A stretch of 64,000 bases of DNA from positions 1-64,000 of the forward strand of contig OY761611.1 of assembly GCA_963664875.1 (NCBI GenBank). Direction: 5' to 3'. The notes under the pieces are model-generated. The model was not told where the DNA came from. It ran no database searches and worked only from the letters and a program-made list of their open reading frames with translations. This document shows, one piece after another, positions 46,363-57,326 of this stretch. Origin of the DNA: Candidatus Kapaibacterium sp. (lineage in GTDB: Bacteria > Bacteroidota > Ignavibacteria > Kapaibacteriales > UBA2268). How positions within the stretch are numbered: position 1 is the first letter of the stretch; each line of letters starts with the position of its first letter. The translations under genes and the position numbers were made by a program.

Positions 46363-47184
46363 ATGGATACTAATTATAATATCCGCATGAATAATGGATT
46401 GGATATACCTGCCCTCGGTTTGGGTACTTACTTATGCGATCCCGGCGACGAAACCTATAATGCAGTTCGCACTGCTTTGGATTATGATTATCGGCATATT
46501 GACACAGCTTCAATTTACGACAACGAAGCAGATGTAGGGCGTGCAATTAGAGATAGCGGTGTGCCGCGCGAAAAGATTTTTGTAACCACAAAGCTATGGA
46601 ATACCGATCAGGGCTATGACAAAGCTCTTCTCGCTTTCGATAAGAGTCTAAAGGAATTGGATATAGAATATATCGATTTATTTTTGATTCACTGGCCTTT
46701 GGCTAAGCTAAGAAACGAATCATGGAAAGCTCTTGAGAAAATTTACAGAGATGGAAAAGTAAAAGCTATTGGTGTCAGTAACTTTATGGTTAAGCATCTT
46801 GAGCAGCTATTGGAAGAAGCCAGTATAGTTCCTGCTGTCAATCAGATAGAATTTACTCCTTACTTATATCAAAAAGAATTATTGGATTATTGCAGAGAGA
46901 AAGATATAGTAGTCGAAGCATATTCACCGCTTACTCGTGGTTATAAATTAGAGGATCCGAGACTTGTCGGGCTTGCAATGAAATACGGAAAAACTCCGGC
47001 TCAACTTCTTCTTCGTTGGATAATTCAACACGATATGGTTTGTCTGCCTAAATCACTAAGAACTGACAGAATTAAAGAAAATGCTGATATATTCGAGTTT
47101 TATATTTCTGCAAACGATATGAAAATCCTAAGCTCGTTTAATGAAGGCTTTAGAGTAGATTGGAATCCGTCAACAATCCCTTAA
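46363..47184 (+). CDS. Aldo/keto reductase
   Basis: GLGT, YRHIDTA, LIHWP, IGVSNF, LPKS. Confidence 0.95.
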   Translation: MDTNYNIRMNNGLDIPALGLGTYLCDPGDETYNAVRTALDYDYRHIDTASIYDNEADVGRAIRDSGVPREKIFVTTKLWNTDQGYDKALLAFDKSLKELDIEYIDLFLIHWPLAKLRNESWKALEKIYRDGKVKAIGVSNFMVKHLEQLLEEASIVPAVNQIEFTPYLYQKELLDYCREKDIVVEAYSPLTRGYKLEDPRLVGLAMKYGKTPAQLLLRWIIQHDMVCLPKSLRTDRIKENADIFEFYISANDMKILSSFNEGFRVDWNPSTIP

Positions 47185-47186
47185 TT

Positions 47187-47202
47187 TGGCGTGATATTTG
47201 CT
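47187..47202 (+). promoter_or_regulatory. Sigma-54 (-24/-12) promoter
   Basis: TGGCGTGATATTTGCT has the exact GG-N10-GC spacing, 32 bp upstream of ATG 47234. Confidence 0.6.
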
Positions 47203-47233
47203 TAAGTCTTTACAATAATTGGAGTTATTGTAA

Positions 47234-48463
47234 ATGGCAAAAACATCGGGCATAGGAGCAGGGGCAAAAGCAGGTTTGGTGTCGAATATTGGTCATAATT
47301 CTACACAAAACCAATATTACTCTATGCCCAAAAAAAATAAAAGTACCCAAATTTCTCAGTTACGTTCCGGAGAGATTTTACAAGGAAAAATATTAGAAAT
47401 TGTAAACGACAATATAGCCAAAGTTAGTTTGCCTATAGGTATTTTCAACGCTTTGCTTCATGGAAAGCTAAAAACAGGTGATAGCTTGTTTTTCCTTGTA
47501 AAATCTTTGGAACCCTCTCTGACTCTTTCTGTTCATTCCGTTTCTTCTGTGCAAAACGGCAGAAAAATTCCTGTTGAAGAAGCTATACGTATGCTTGATC
47601 TGCCTGATACAGAAATATACCACAAAATTACTGAATGGATAATAAAACACGAAAGCAAGGTAAATCGTGAAGATGTATTGCTTACTGCATCTTCTCTTGC
47701 TGAGTTGCCGGCAGATGTTGTCAAAGGTAAAAACTTAGAATCAGTAATCAAATTGATATTCAATCAGATTCACTCTGAAACTGATTTGACTATAGAACTG
47801 TTTGAAAAACTATACCCTCTTTTCAAAAAAGTAGATGAACACGAAAAGACCTTTGATCTGCTGTTCAATCAGATACTCAAAGAAAAAGATAAGCCTTTGT
47901 TTAACCAATTTACACAAATGACAAATATCAAAAGCTTTTCCGGCATAACTGATTTAAATAAAGAAGTCGGGGGCAATCCTGTTCTAAAAAATTTGCTTCT
48001 TCCTGAGATTTTTTCTACTCTTTCGGAAGCAGAAAAGCAAGCTGCAATGGAATACAGTGACATAGTTTCTGCTGTTGCGGTTTGGAATAGCCTTGCAGTG
48101 CAAAGCAACCTTGCAATGTACTATTTTGTTCCGTTTTTATGGGCGGGTACATTTTATGCAGCATTGCTGACAATCAAAAAGCAAAGACACAAAAAACCTA
48201 CTAAAAGCTCAAAAGAGACATCAGAATCTGAATTAAGCGAATTTGACGACTCTTTGAAACTTACCGGACTCCTTGGTCATTTGTTTGACGGTTCCGGTGA
48301 TTTGAGAGCTTTTCTGACAAATTTTGCCGTATCTTTGAGGCAGCGTTTGCTTTCTCTCAATTATGATATGAGCTCTTTCAAATTCTCTATGGACGGCAGC
48401 GAAGAAGAAATGCTAAATAATAGTTCGCCTAATACGCCTATAAACTTTTCCGTGGTTGTATAA
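47234..48463 (+). CDS. Hypothetical protein, possibly FliK-like (flagellar hook-length control)
   Basis: N-terminal GEILQGKILE...LKTGDSLFFLV domain as in FliK-like proteins; sigma-54 site upstream. Confidence 0.5.
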   Translation: MAKTSGIGAGAKAGLVSNIGHNSTQNQYYSMPKKNKSTQISQLRSGEILQGKILEIVNDNIAKVSLPIGIFNALLHGKLKTGDSLFFLVKSLEPSLTLSVHSVSSVQNGRKIPVEEAIRMLDLPDTEIYHKITEWIIKHESKVNREDVLLTASSLAELPADVVKGKNLESVIKLIFNQIHSETDLTIELFEKLYPLFKKVDEHEKTFDLLFNQILKEKDKPLFNQFTQMTNIKSFSGITDLNKEVGGNPVLKNLLLPEIFSTLSEAEKQAAMEYSDIVSAVAVWNSLAVQSNLAMYYFVPFLWAGTFYAALLTIKKQRHKKPTKSSKETSESELSEFDDSLKLTGLLGHLFDGSGDLRAFLTNFAVSLRQRLLSLNYDMSSFKFSMDGSEEEMLNNSSPNTPINFSVVV

Positions 48464-48478
48464 TACTTTTTGTTTAAA

Positions 48479-48892
48479 ATGAAACTACTAATCTTGTTTT
48501 TACTGATGGCAATCAGCACCTATGCTGCCGACATCAATTTAAAAGTTAAAGGTCTGGAATCAGGTGACGGACAGCTAATTATATATCTTTATAACGACTC
48601 TGATGCCTTTCCGACCAAACCGGAGAAAGCTTACAAAAAGTACTTTAGTGAGATTAAAGATAAAAGCTCATCCATTGTATTAAAAGATATACCGGCAGGC
48701 ATATATGCGATTGCAGTGGTACATGACGAAGATAAGGATTCGGAACTCGATACTAATTTTTTAGGCATGCCATCGGAAGATGTAGCTGCATCTAATAATG
48801 CAAAAGGCTCTTTTGGGCCTCCAAAATTCAAAGATGCAGCATTTAAAGTAACTGAAAAAAATATAGAACTGCTTATAGATTTTAGCTTATAG
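48479..48892 (+). CDS. DUF2141 family secreted protein
   Basis: GIYAIAVVHDED...LDTNFLGMPSE...SNNAKGSFGPPKF. Confidence 0.9.
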   Translation: MKLLILFLLMAISTYAADINLKVKGLESGDGQLIIYLYNDSDAFPTKPEKAYKKYFSEIKDKSSSIVLKDIPAGIYAIAVVHDEDKDSELDTNFLGMPSEDVAASNNAKGSFGPPKFKDAAFKVTEKNIELLIDFSL

Positions 48893-48956
48893 TCTATAAG
48901 TTTTTATGTATTTTTGTCTCTATTTTTATACAATTATATTGTAAAGGTGTCAAAAT

Positions 48957-50852
48957 ATGGCAAAATGGCAAATCGAAGACTCTGCTGAGCTTTACAACAT
49001 AAGAGGCTGGGGAGCAAACTACTTTTCTATCAATGAAAAAGGTAATGTTTGTGTTTCGACAGGAAAATACAATGCAAAAATCGAATTGAAAGAAATTATC
49101 GACGAATTGCAGATAAAAGATGTATCTACTCCTGTGCTTCTTCGTTTTTCTGATATCTTAGCTGATAGGATAGAAGTGTTCCATAAATGTTTTAAACGTG
49201 CTGCGGAAGAGTACGAATATAAAGCAAGTAACTATATTATCTATCCAATCAAAGTTAATCAGAACCGCCCGGTTCTCGAAGAAATAGTAAAACATGGTAA
49301 ACAGTATAATATTGGACTGGAAGCAGGGTCAAAACCGGAATTGCACGCAATTTTGCCAAAAACCGACAAACCTGATTCATTGATTATTTGCAATGGCTAC
49401 AAAGATGAAGACTATATCGAATTGGCATTGCTTGCTCTCAAAATGGGTAAACCTATCTACATTGTTGTAGAAAAACTTAGAGAGCTTAGGCTAATCATTA
49501 CTCTATCGAAGCAATTAAAAGTTGATCCTAATATTGGCATTCGTATCAAACTTGCCAGCTCAGGGAGTGGGAAGTGGGAGGCTTCAGGTGGTGATCGTTC
49601 CAAATTCGGTCTTTCATCAGGCGAATTGCTCGAAGCTGTCTCTATACTCGAAGAAGAAGGCATGTTGGATAGATTGAAACTCATCCATTTCCATATTGGT
49701 AGCCAGGTTACAAAAATACGTACTATCAAAAATGCAATTCGCGAAGCTTCGCATTTTTATGTTCAGCTACGCAAAATGGGTGCAGGGGTAGATTTTGTAG
49801 ATATTGGTGGTGGACTTGGTGTCGATTATGACGGCACAAACACCTCTAACCAAAGCAGCGTTAATTATACAATACAAGAGTATGTAAATGATGCTGTATT
49901 TACCATGGTAGATGCTTCAGATAAAAACGGAATACCTCACCCTAATCTTATTACAGAATCAGGACGCTCACTGACTGCTCACCATTCTGTTCTAATTTTT
50001 GATGTATTGGAGCAGACTTCTGTTCCGGGCTGGGATGGAGACTACACTGTCAGCGAAGAAGATCACGAACTGGTGCAACAATTATATGATTTGTATGTAA
50101 AGCTTAATCCTTCTAATATGCTCGAATCATGGCACGATGCTATTCAAATCAGAGAAGAAGCTCTCAATCTGTTTTCGCTTGGCTTGTTCGATTTGAAAGG
50201 AAGAGCACTGATTGATAGATTGTATTGGTCAACAGCTAAAGAAGTTTATCGGATGAGTAGAGAATTGAAACATCCGCCTGACGAATTGTCTGCTTTGGGC
50301 AAACAGCTAGCGGATAAATATTTCTGCAATTTTTCATTGTTCCAGTCACTTCCTGATGCATGGGCGATAGATCAGGTGTTCCCGATTATCCCTATTCACC
50401 GCTTAGATGAAAAGCCTGAAAAATCTTCCTCGTTGCAGGATATTACTTGCGACAGTGATGGCAAAATAGAGAATTTTATCGGATATGGAGATAATGCTTA
50501 TAGTTTGCCGGTGCATAATTTCAATGAAGATGAGCCATATTATATTGGTGTTTTCCTTGTTGGAGCTTATCAGGAAATATTAGGCGACCTGCACAATCTT
50601 TTCGGAGATACTAATGCAGTCCATATTTCGTTTACTAAAGACGGAACCTACGAAATAAAACAGATTATAGATGCAGAAACTGTTTCTGAGGTACTTTCTT
50701 ATGTGCAATATGACTCTAAAAAACTGGTTAGAGCAATGGAAGCATGGGTAACTAAGTCAGTAAAAGAAGGTAAAATAAGTGCTCTCGAAGGAAAAGAATT
50801 CCTCTCAATTTATAGATCCGGACTATACGGCACAACTTACTTAGAAAGATAA
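48957..50852 (+). CDS. speA: Biosynthetic arginine decarboxylase
   Basis: YPIKVNQ, EAGSKPE, HFHIGSQ, DIGGGLGVDYDG, TCDSDG. Confidence 0.97.
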   Translation: MAKWQIEDSAELYNIRGWGANYFSINEKGNVCVSTGKYNAKIELKEIIDELQIKDVSTPVLLRFSDILADRIEVFHKCFKRAAEEYEYKASNYIIYPIKVNQNRPVLEEIVKHGKQYNIGLEAGSKPELHAILPKTDKPDSLIICNGYKDEDYIELALLALKMGKPIYIVVEKLRELRLIITLSKQLKVDPNIGIRIKLASSGSGKWEASGGDRSKFGLSSGELLEAVSILEEEGMLDRLKLIHFHIGSQVTKIRTIKNAIREASHFYVQLRKMGAGVDFVDIGGGLGVDYDGTNTSNQSSVNYTIQEYVNDAVFTMVDASDKNGIPHPNLITESGRSLTAHHSVLIFDVLEQTSVPGWDGDYTVSEEDHELVQQLYDLYVKLNPSNMLESWHDAIQIREEALNLFSLGLFDLKGRALIDRLYWSTAKEVYRMSRELKHPPDELSALGKQLADKYFCNFSLFQSLPDAWAIDQVFPIIPIHRLDEKPEKSSSLQDITCDSDGKIENFIGYGDNAYSLPVHNFNEDEPYYIGVFLVGAYQEILGDLHNLFGDTNAVHISFTKDGTYEIKQIIDAETVSEVLSYVQYDSKKLVRAMEAWVTKSVKEGKISALEGKEFLSIYRSGLYGTTYLER

Positions 50853-51190
50853 TGTCTAAAAAGAAATATAAAATATATGACCCGAATACTATTAGAGTTG
50901 TCAAAAAAGGCGACCAGACTGTTGGTATTCAAAAAATTGAAAAGACAAACGAAGCTCCCAAGAGCAACTCGGTTGTAAAACATACTTTTGGAGATAGTGA
51001 TACCCAAAGAGCTAAAAAAGAGCAAATAATTCGCTCTCAATCTTTGGCACTTATCAGAAAAAAATATCAGATGGTATCGGATCAAGATTTAAAGCTCGAA
51101 AGCAGATTACTAATTTTCAATAAGAGGCTTAAAGAGTTTCCTGTAAAAAATATAGTTACAGTGATTAAAGCTCTTCTGAAAGATAAGTAA
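50852..51190 (+). CDS. Hypothetical basic protein
   Basis: 112 aa, translationally coupled to speA (TAATG). Confidence 0.65.
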   Translation: MSKKKYKIYDPNTIRVVKKGDQTVGIQKIEKTNEAPKSNSVVKHTFGDSDTQRAKKEQIIRSQSLALIRKKYQMVSDQDLKLESRLLIFNKRLKEFPVKNIVTVIKALLKDK

Positions 51191-51209
51191 GCATATATTT
51201 GAATGCAAT

Positions 51210-51246
51210 AAAAAAAGGTATCAGATTTATATTTGATACCTTTTTT
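51210..51246. terminator. Bidirectional terminator
   Basis: AAAAAAGGTATCAGA / TTTGATACCTTTTTT. Confidence 0.75.
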
Positions 51247-51300
51247 ATTAGGGAAAATTTTAGCCGACAAAAACAGCTATAAAGTTATACTATTTAAAAG

Positions 51301-52005
51301 CTACTTCAAAAAATCCATAGAGTCGCCGGGATTGATTTCTTTTGTTTCTATACTGTGTTTGAAGATGCGAGCTTGTTTTTCGCCGAGTAGAGAGTAATTA
51401 TCATCTTCTACTAAAATGGTAGAGCCTTCTCGGAGACCTACAACATACATATTAGGATTGACAATCAAAAACTCTGCTAATCTCTGCTCTCTTGTTTCAC
51501 CGTGGTGACCTTCCGGATGAGCATCAAGATAATGCGGATTGATTTGAAAAGGAATCAAATCCAATGCCTGGAAACTTTCGGGTTCCGCAATTGGCATATC
51601 ATTAGTAGTTTTGATAGTCGGGCAGGCAAGATTAGAACCTGCACTCCAGCCGATATAAGGTATGCCTTCTTTGACTTTCTGCGGAATAATATCAATTATT
51701 CCTGTTTTGTAGCACATATCCAAGAGGCGAAATGTATTGCCGCCACCAACAACTATGGCTTCGGACTCCAATATCATATCTATCGGGTCTTCTGTTTCAT
51801 GCACAGATTCTACCTGATAGCCAAGCGGTTCGAATACATTTTTTACTTTTTGAGTATATTCATCATAAGATACTGTAACACCTGCGTATGGAACAAAAGT
51901 AATCTTGCGAATACCCGTTCTTAAAAAATCTTTCAGCAGCTCAGTGGCATGTTCCAAATAGCCAAATCCATGAGTTGTAGAATTGCTTAAGAGTAATAGT
52001 TTCAT
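51301..52005 (-). CDS. pepE: Dipeptidase E
   Basis: LLLSNST, GGGNTF, GWSAG, INPHY, GETRE. Confidence 0.95.
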   Translation of the reverse strand: MKLLLLSNSTTHGFGYLEHATELLKDFLRTGIRKITFVPYAGVTVSYDEYTQKVKNVFEPLGYQVESVHETEDPIDMILESEAIVVGGGNTFRLLDMCYKTGIIDIIPQKVKEGIPYIGWSAGSNLACPTIKTTNDMPIAEPESFQALDLIPFQINPHYLDAHPEGHHGETREQRLAEFLIVNPNMYVVGLREGSTILVEDDNYSLLGEKQARIFKHSIETKEINPGDSMDFLK

Positions 52006-52012
52006 GACAACC

Positions 52013-53485
52013 TTAGAATATTTTATTAGCCAAATCAATTATTAATGAAGGATAAATCCCAAACAATATAACCCCAAAAGTTGAAATAGCCAAAGCAATT
52101 CCTGCCATGCCGGGACAAACTCTTTCCTGCTCTGCTTCTGAATCTTTAAAGTACATATTAAGAACTAATCCAATGTAGAAATACATAGAGATTATTGAAG
52201 AAATCACAGCTACGATAGTAAGCCACAAGTAGCCCGAATCCATTGCTGCCATGAATAAATAGTATTTACCAAAGAATCCTGCCATAGGAGGTATGCCTGC
52301 AAGCGAGAACATAAATAAAGCCATCATCGCTGCAATCATAGGATTGGACTTTCTTAGACCTACGTAATCTTCGAGTTCAAGATATTTATTATCTTTTTCC
52401 ATCACAGATACGATAAGGAAAGCACCAATTTGCATAAACATATAAGCTGTCGCATAAAAGACGATACCGCTTCTTCCTTCAGGAGTATTGGCAACTATAC
52501 CCATTAATAAATAGCCTGCATGAGCCACAGAAGAGTATGCTAACATTCTTTTTACGTTTTTCTGTGTCAAAGCACTTATGTTACCAATTAACATCGTAGC
52601 AGCTGCGATAACAGCGATTAAAGTTCTGAATTTGTCAAGATTGTTTGTAAGTATTTCATTTGCAGCTGTTACCGGAATAATTGCCTGTGCGATTACAATA
52701 AATGCAATAAGTCCCGCTGCTTTACCTGCTGTGCTCATAAAGGCAGTAACTACCGTAGGAGCACCTTCGTAAACATCAGGAGCCCACTGATGGAAAGGAA
52801 ACGCTGCAACTTTGAAACCAAGACCAACAACAAGAAGACCAATACCCAAAGTTAAATATAGATCGTGAAAATCGCCTATCATCATTTTTTGTGTGATTTG
52901 GTCTAAATATAGGGTGCCGGTTGCTCCGTATATCATTGCAATTCCATATAGAAGGAAGCCGGAGGCAAATGAGCCTAATAAGAAGTATTTAAGTGCAGAT
53001 TCCATAGCTTTTTCGCGATTGCGGAAGAAACCTGAAAGTACATAAAAAGTAATAGTCATTACTTCTATACCGATAAATACCATAATCAAATTAGCTGCAT
53101 GAGCAATAAATACCATTCCGCTGATAGCAAATAGAATCAGTAAGTAAAACTCTTTATAGTCTTTATACTCTCTTGCGTTATACTGCTTGGCTGCGAGCAT
53201 AGTCAAAATACCTGCGATTGCAAAAAGCATATCAAAATATGCAGCGTATCCGCCAAATTTAATCATACCTTTGGAGATAGAATTTGCTACATCAAAGGCT
53301 GCAATGGTTTCTTCAGGTATCGATAGAGTATAAGCTGCCGCACCAAAAGTCATAACCAAGCCAAACAATACAAAATTATATACTGCTGATTTGTTCTTGC
53401 CTGTCATAAAGTCTATAGTCAGTGCAATCAATGTTACAACTGCTATCATATAAAACGGGGCTGATAATTGTATTTCTTGAATCAT
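52013..53485 (-). CDS. nuoN: NADH-quinone oxidoreductase subunit N
   Basis: ESALKYF, FKVAAFPFHQWAPDVYEGAPT, KRMLAYSS, GIPP. Confidence 0.95.
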   Translation of the reverse strand: MIQEIQLSAPFYMIAVVTLIALTIDFMTGKNKSAVYNFVLFGLVMTFGAAAYTLSIPEETIAAFDVANSISKGMIKFGGYAAYFDMLFAIAGILTMLAAKQYNAREYKDYKEFYLLILFAISGMVFIAHAANLIMVFIGIEVMTITFYVLSGFFRNREKAMESALKYFLLGSFASGFLLYGIAMIYGATGTLYLDQITQKMMIGDFHDLYLTLGIGLLVVGLGFKVAAFPFHQWAPDVYEGAPTVVTAFMSTAGKAAGLIAFIVIAQAIIPVTAANEILTNNLDKFRTLIAVIAAATMLIGNISALTQKNVKRMLAYSSVAHAGYLLMGIVANTPEGRSGIVFYATAYMFMQIGAFLIVSVMEKDNKYLELEDYVGLRKSNPMIAAMMALFMFSLAGIPPMAGFFGKYYLFMAAMDSGYLWLTIVAVISSIISMYFYIGLVLNMYFKDSEAEQERVCPGMAGIALAISTFGVILFGIYPSLIIDLANKIF

Positions 53486-53513
53486 TGTGTAAACTCTGTA
53501 CTATTCCAAATAA

Positions 53514-55088
53514 CTATTGATTATTAGTCGGAGCTGCCTCTGCTTCTATCTGAGGTAACTCGTAGCGAACTTTATTAAATTTTATAAGCTCTAATTTGTT
53601 CACAAGGGCTTTTGTAGAATTATCCGAAATTTTAAGGAATGAATTAGGGTAAACACCTATCCAAACGATAAAAATTAGCGGAGCAACAAGCATTGCCCAT
53701 TCTTGTTTTGTCAAATCCTGCAAATCTTTGTTCTTAGGATTTGTAACTTCGCCGAACATAACTCTTTGGAACATCCAAAGCAAATAAACAGCTGCAAATA
53801 TCACACCTGTTGCACTTATAATTGTGTACCATTGAGATTTCAAAAATGGTGAGTTAAAAGCACCAAGCAAAGTTAAGTATTCACCAACGAATCCGTTTAA
53901 GCCCGGAAGACCTACGGAAGCTAGCATTGCCAATGCAAAGAACACCGTAAATGCAGGCATTACTCTTGCGATGCCACCAAATTCTGAAATTTCTCTTGTG
54001 TGTCTTCTTTCGTAAATCATACCAACTGCAAGGAAAAGCATACCTGTCGAAAGACCATGGTTTACCATTTGGATAATAGCTCCCTGAATACCTTCAGCAG
54101 TCATCGAGAAGATACCAAGCACTACAAAACCCAAGTGAGACACAGAAGAGTACGCTACGAGCTTTTTAACATCTGTTTGAACCATTGCCACCAAAGCACC
54201 GTAAATAATGCCGATAACAGCAAGAACTGCTATTGTAGGAGCATATTCGAATGATGCTTGAGGGAATAGGTCGAGATTGAATCTTATAAGACCATAAGTA
54301 CCCATTTTCAAAAGTACACCTGCAAGAATTACAGAACCCGGAGTAGGTGCTTCTGTATGTGCATCAGGCAACCAAGTGTGAACAGGGAAGAGAGGCACTT
54401 TGATACCAAAAGAAAGAGCAAAAGCAAGGAATAACCAAGATTGCGTTTCCAATGGAATTTGAGAAGATACTTCTCTGATTATCTGAAAGTTACTTGTAAA
54501 TCCGGCTGCATTGTTCAATATCTCAGTACCAACGTACTGCCCTAACCACACAATGGCTACAAGCATGAATAATGAACCAACTACAGTGAATAGAAAGAAC
54601 TTCACAGTGGCATATAGTCTATTCTGACCGCCCCAAATACCGATGATAAAATACATTGGTATAAGGATTATTTCCCAAAATACGTAGAACAAGAACAAAT
54701 CAAGAGCCACAAAAACACCGGTCATTGCAAACTGCAAAAGGCTAAGCATGATGTAGTATTCTTTGTGTCTTTTCTTGATAGAATCAAAAGAAGCAAGTAT
54801 TGCTATCGGAGTGATAAAAGTAGTCAATAGTATAAGTAGCATTGACATACCGTCCACACCAATTCTGAAACCTGCATCTACAGACTGAATCCAAGTGTAA
54901 TCTATCACAAATTGGAAATTAGGGTTTAGATGGTCAAAACCGAAATATAAAAATAGTGAAACTACAAAAGTTACAATCGAAACCCCGAGCGTATAGTACT
55001 TGATTGCTTTTACGTTTTCTTTGTTGAAAAACAACAGAGAAATCGCTGCAAATAGGGGTAGTAGTAATGTCGCTAAAAATGCTGTCAT
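53514..55088 (-). CDS. nuoM: NADH-quinone oxidoreductase subunit M
   Basis: FYVFWE, PVHTWLPDAHTEAP, LLKMGTYG, GLPGLNGFVGE. Confidence 0.96.
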   Translation of the reverse strand: MTAFLATLLLPLFAAISLLFFNKENVKAIKYYTLGVSIVTFVVSLFLYFGFDHLNPNFQFVIDYTWIQSVDAGFRIGVDGMSMLLILLTTFITPIAILASFDSIKKRHKEYYIMLSLLQFAMTGVFVALDLFLFYVFWEIILIPMYFIIGIWGGQNRLYATVKFFLFTVVGSLFMLVAIVWLGQYVGTEILNNAAGFTSNFQIIREVSSQIPLETQSWLFLAFALSFGIKVPLFPVHTWLPDAHTEAPTPGSVILAGVLLKMGTYGLIRFNLDLFPQASFEYAPTIAVLAVIGIIYGALVAMVQTDVKKLVAYSSVSHLGFVVLGIFSMTAEGIQGAIIQMVNHGLSTGMLFLAVGMIYERRHTREISEFGGIARVMPAFTVFFALAMLASVGLPGLNGFVGEYLTLLGAFNSPFLKSQWYTIISATGVIFAAVYLLWMFQRVMFGEVTNPKNKDLQDLTKQEWAMLVAPLIFIVWIGVYPNSFLKISDNSTKALVNKLELIKFNKVRYELPQIEAEAAPTNNQ

Positions 55089-55122
55089 GTCTTTATCTGA
55101 AATTTATTACTAAACTTACTAA

Positions 55123-57084
55123 TTACATCAGTAGCCATGCTAATATAGCTACAATTCCTGCCATCATAAGGACTGCGTAGTTTTGAGCAACCCCGGTCTG
55201 AATCTTTCTTAAAGAACCTGAAATTAGGCTCATCGACTTACCGGAGCCATTTACTATCCCGTCTATAATTTTTGCATCAAATACTTTCCACAAGAATGAA
55301 CGCGAAATGTTTACGATAGGATCTACTATACCTTTGAAGTAAATCTCGTCGAGGAAGTATTTGTTCCAAAGCAAATTATAGAAACCTTTGAATGATTTTG
55401 CAATTTGATTCGGAGTATTGCTCTCGGTAGAGTACATTTTTTTAGCTAAGTTCCATGCAACTAATGCTATAGCCACAGAGAGAGCCATTAAAATGTATTC
55501 TATCGCATGTACTTCATGCCCATGTGAAATATCTAAAATGTGATTTGCCTGAGCAAAAATTGGATGTAGGAAACTTTCCATAATATTCGGATTGTCGCTA
55601 AAGAAAAATCCTAAAGCATAAGGAATACCTAAAAATCCTGAGAAAGCAGAAAGTATTGCCAACACAATCAAAGGAATAGTCATTGTTTTTGGAGATTCAT
55701 GCGGATGTACATGGTGATGGTCAAATCTTTCTTTGCCGTGGAAAGTAAGATAAACCAGACGGAACATGTAAAATGCTGTAAAGAAAGCTGCTACAGCAAG
55801 AGTCAGCCACAAATACATATTGCCTTGATTGAAAGTAAGCCATAATATCTCGTCTTTAGAGAAGAAACCTGCAAACAGAGGAATACCTGAAATGGCAAGT
55901 GTTCCGATCATAAATGTTTTATAAGTCGTAGGCATATATTTTGCCAAGCCACCCATTTTCTGAATATCCTGCTCTTCGTGCATGCCATGGATTACCGAAC
56001 CCGAGCCAAGGAATAACAATGCTTTGAAGAAAGCGTGAGTCATTACGTGGAAAATTGCTGCACCAAAAGCACCTACGCCAAGAGCAGTGAACATAAAGCC
56101 TAACTGGCTGACTGTAGAGTATGCCAATACTTTTTTAATGTCATTTTGTACTAAACCAATTGAAGCAGCGAGGATAGCCGTCGCAGCACCAACTATAGCA
56201 ACTGTTTCCATTGAAACAGGAGCTAAAGAAAACAGCACTGAGTTACGAGCTACCAAAAACACACCGCCGGTTACCATAGTTGCTGCGTGGATAAGTGCAG
56301 AAACAGGAGTTGGGCCTGCCATCGCGTCAGGAAGCCAAACTGCAAGTGGCAACTGTGCAGATTTACCGGTACAACCGAGAAATATTAGTAAAGTAATCGC
56401 AGTGATGACTCCGGCATTCATATACATAGAACTACCGGAAGCAGCCGCAGCCGAAACCTCGTTGTACTCTAAAGTGCCGAAAGTCATAAAAATTAGGAAC
56501 ATGGCGATAAGGAAGCCAAAGTCACCGATTCTGTTTACGATGAATGCTTTGTTTGCAGCCTGACCGGTCCATGTTATTCTTACACCATCAAATTTTTTGT
56601 CATACCAGAAACCTATTAGTAGATATGATGAAAGACCTACGCCTTCCCAACCAAGGAATGTCAGCAGGAAGTTGCTGGCAAGCACAAGGTTAAGCATCAT
56701 AAAAATAAATAAGTTCAGATATGCAAAAAAGCGGTAAAAACTTCTGTCTCCTTGCATATAGCCTATGGAATATACATGGATAAGGAAACCAACTCCGGTA
56801 ATTACCATTGTAAATAGTATCGAGAGCTGATCTACCTGATAGGAGACGTTGACTGAGAAGTCACCGGCACTAATCCAGTTATATACATTGACGATAACTG
56901 CTTCTTCCAAATGTGCGGAAGACATCTGCATAAAAATAATTAGAGCAGTGATAAAAGACAGTCCGACTGCTGCACTTGCAATGCTGCCAATCAGAGCTTC
57001 TTTCTTGAGATACTTTCCGAATAATCCGACAATCAAAAAGCCGATTAGAGGAAAGAGAGGTACTAATGTGATTAAATCATACAT
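55123..57084 (-). CDS. nuoL: NADH-quinone oxidoreductase subunit L
   Basis: GWEGVG, NRIGD, WLPDAMAGPTPVSALIHAATMV, HAFFKALLFL. Confidence 0.97.
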   Translation of the reverse strand: MYDLITLVPLFPLIGFLIVGLFGKYLKKEALIGSIASAAVGLSFITALIIFMQMSSAHLEEAVIVNVYNWISAGDFSVNVSYQVDQLSILFTMVITGVGFLIHVYSIGYMQGDRSFYRFFAYLNLFIFMMLNLVLASNFLLTFLGWEGVGLSSYLLIGFWYDKKFDGVRITWTGQAANKAFIVNRIGDFGFLIAMFLIFMTFGTLEYNEVSAAAASGSSMYMNAGVITAITLLIFLGCTGKSAQLPLAVWLPDAMAGPTPVSALIHAATMVTGGVFLVARNSVLFSLAPVSMETVAIVGAATAILAASIGLVQNDIKKVLAYSTVSQLGFMFTALGVGAFGAAIFHVMTHAFFKALLFLGSGSVIHGMHEEQDIQKMGGLAKYMPTTYKTFMIGTLAISGIPLFAGFFSKDEILWLTFNQGNMYLWLTLAVAAFFTAFYMFRLVYLTFHGKERFDHHHVHPHESPKTMTIPLIVLAILSAFSGFLGIPYALGFFFSDNPNIMESFLHPIFAQANHILDISHGHEVHAIEYILMALSVAIALVAWNLAKKMYSTESNTPNQIAKSFKGFYNLLWNKYFLDEIYFKGIVDPIVNISRSFLWKVFDAKIIDGIVNGSGKSMSLISGSLRKIQTGVAQNYAVLMMAGIVAILAWLLM

Positions 57085-57326
57085 AATACTTTGACCAATT
57101 CTATTATTTCAATTATTTTTCGGATACTTACAAGAGCAAGGTGCTTTGGCTACATTTCTTGCTAAATTCACATTAAACTCAAACTATGCCTTTTTATTTT
57201 AAAATAAAGCATAAGACAAGGCAATGGACGCAAATATGCTTAGTTTATTAGGCAAATAAATAATTTTATTCAAGCCTCCATTTTATTATATTTGGAGTTA
57301 GTACTAAGTATTATTTAACGAATGAT

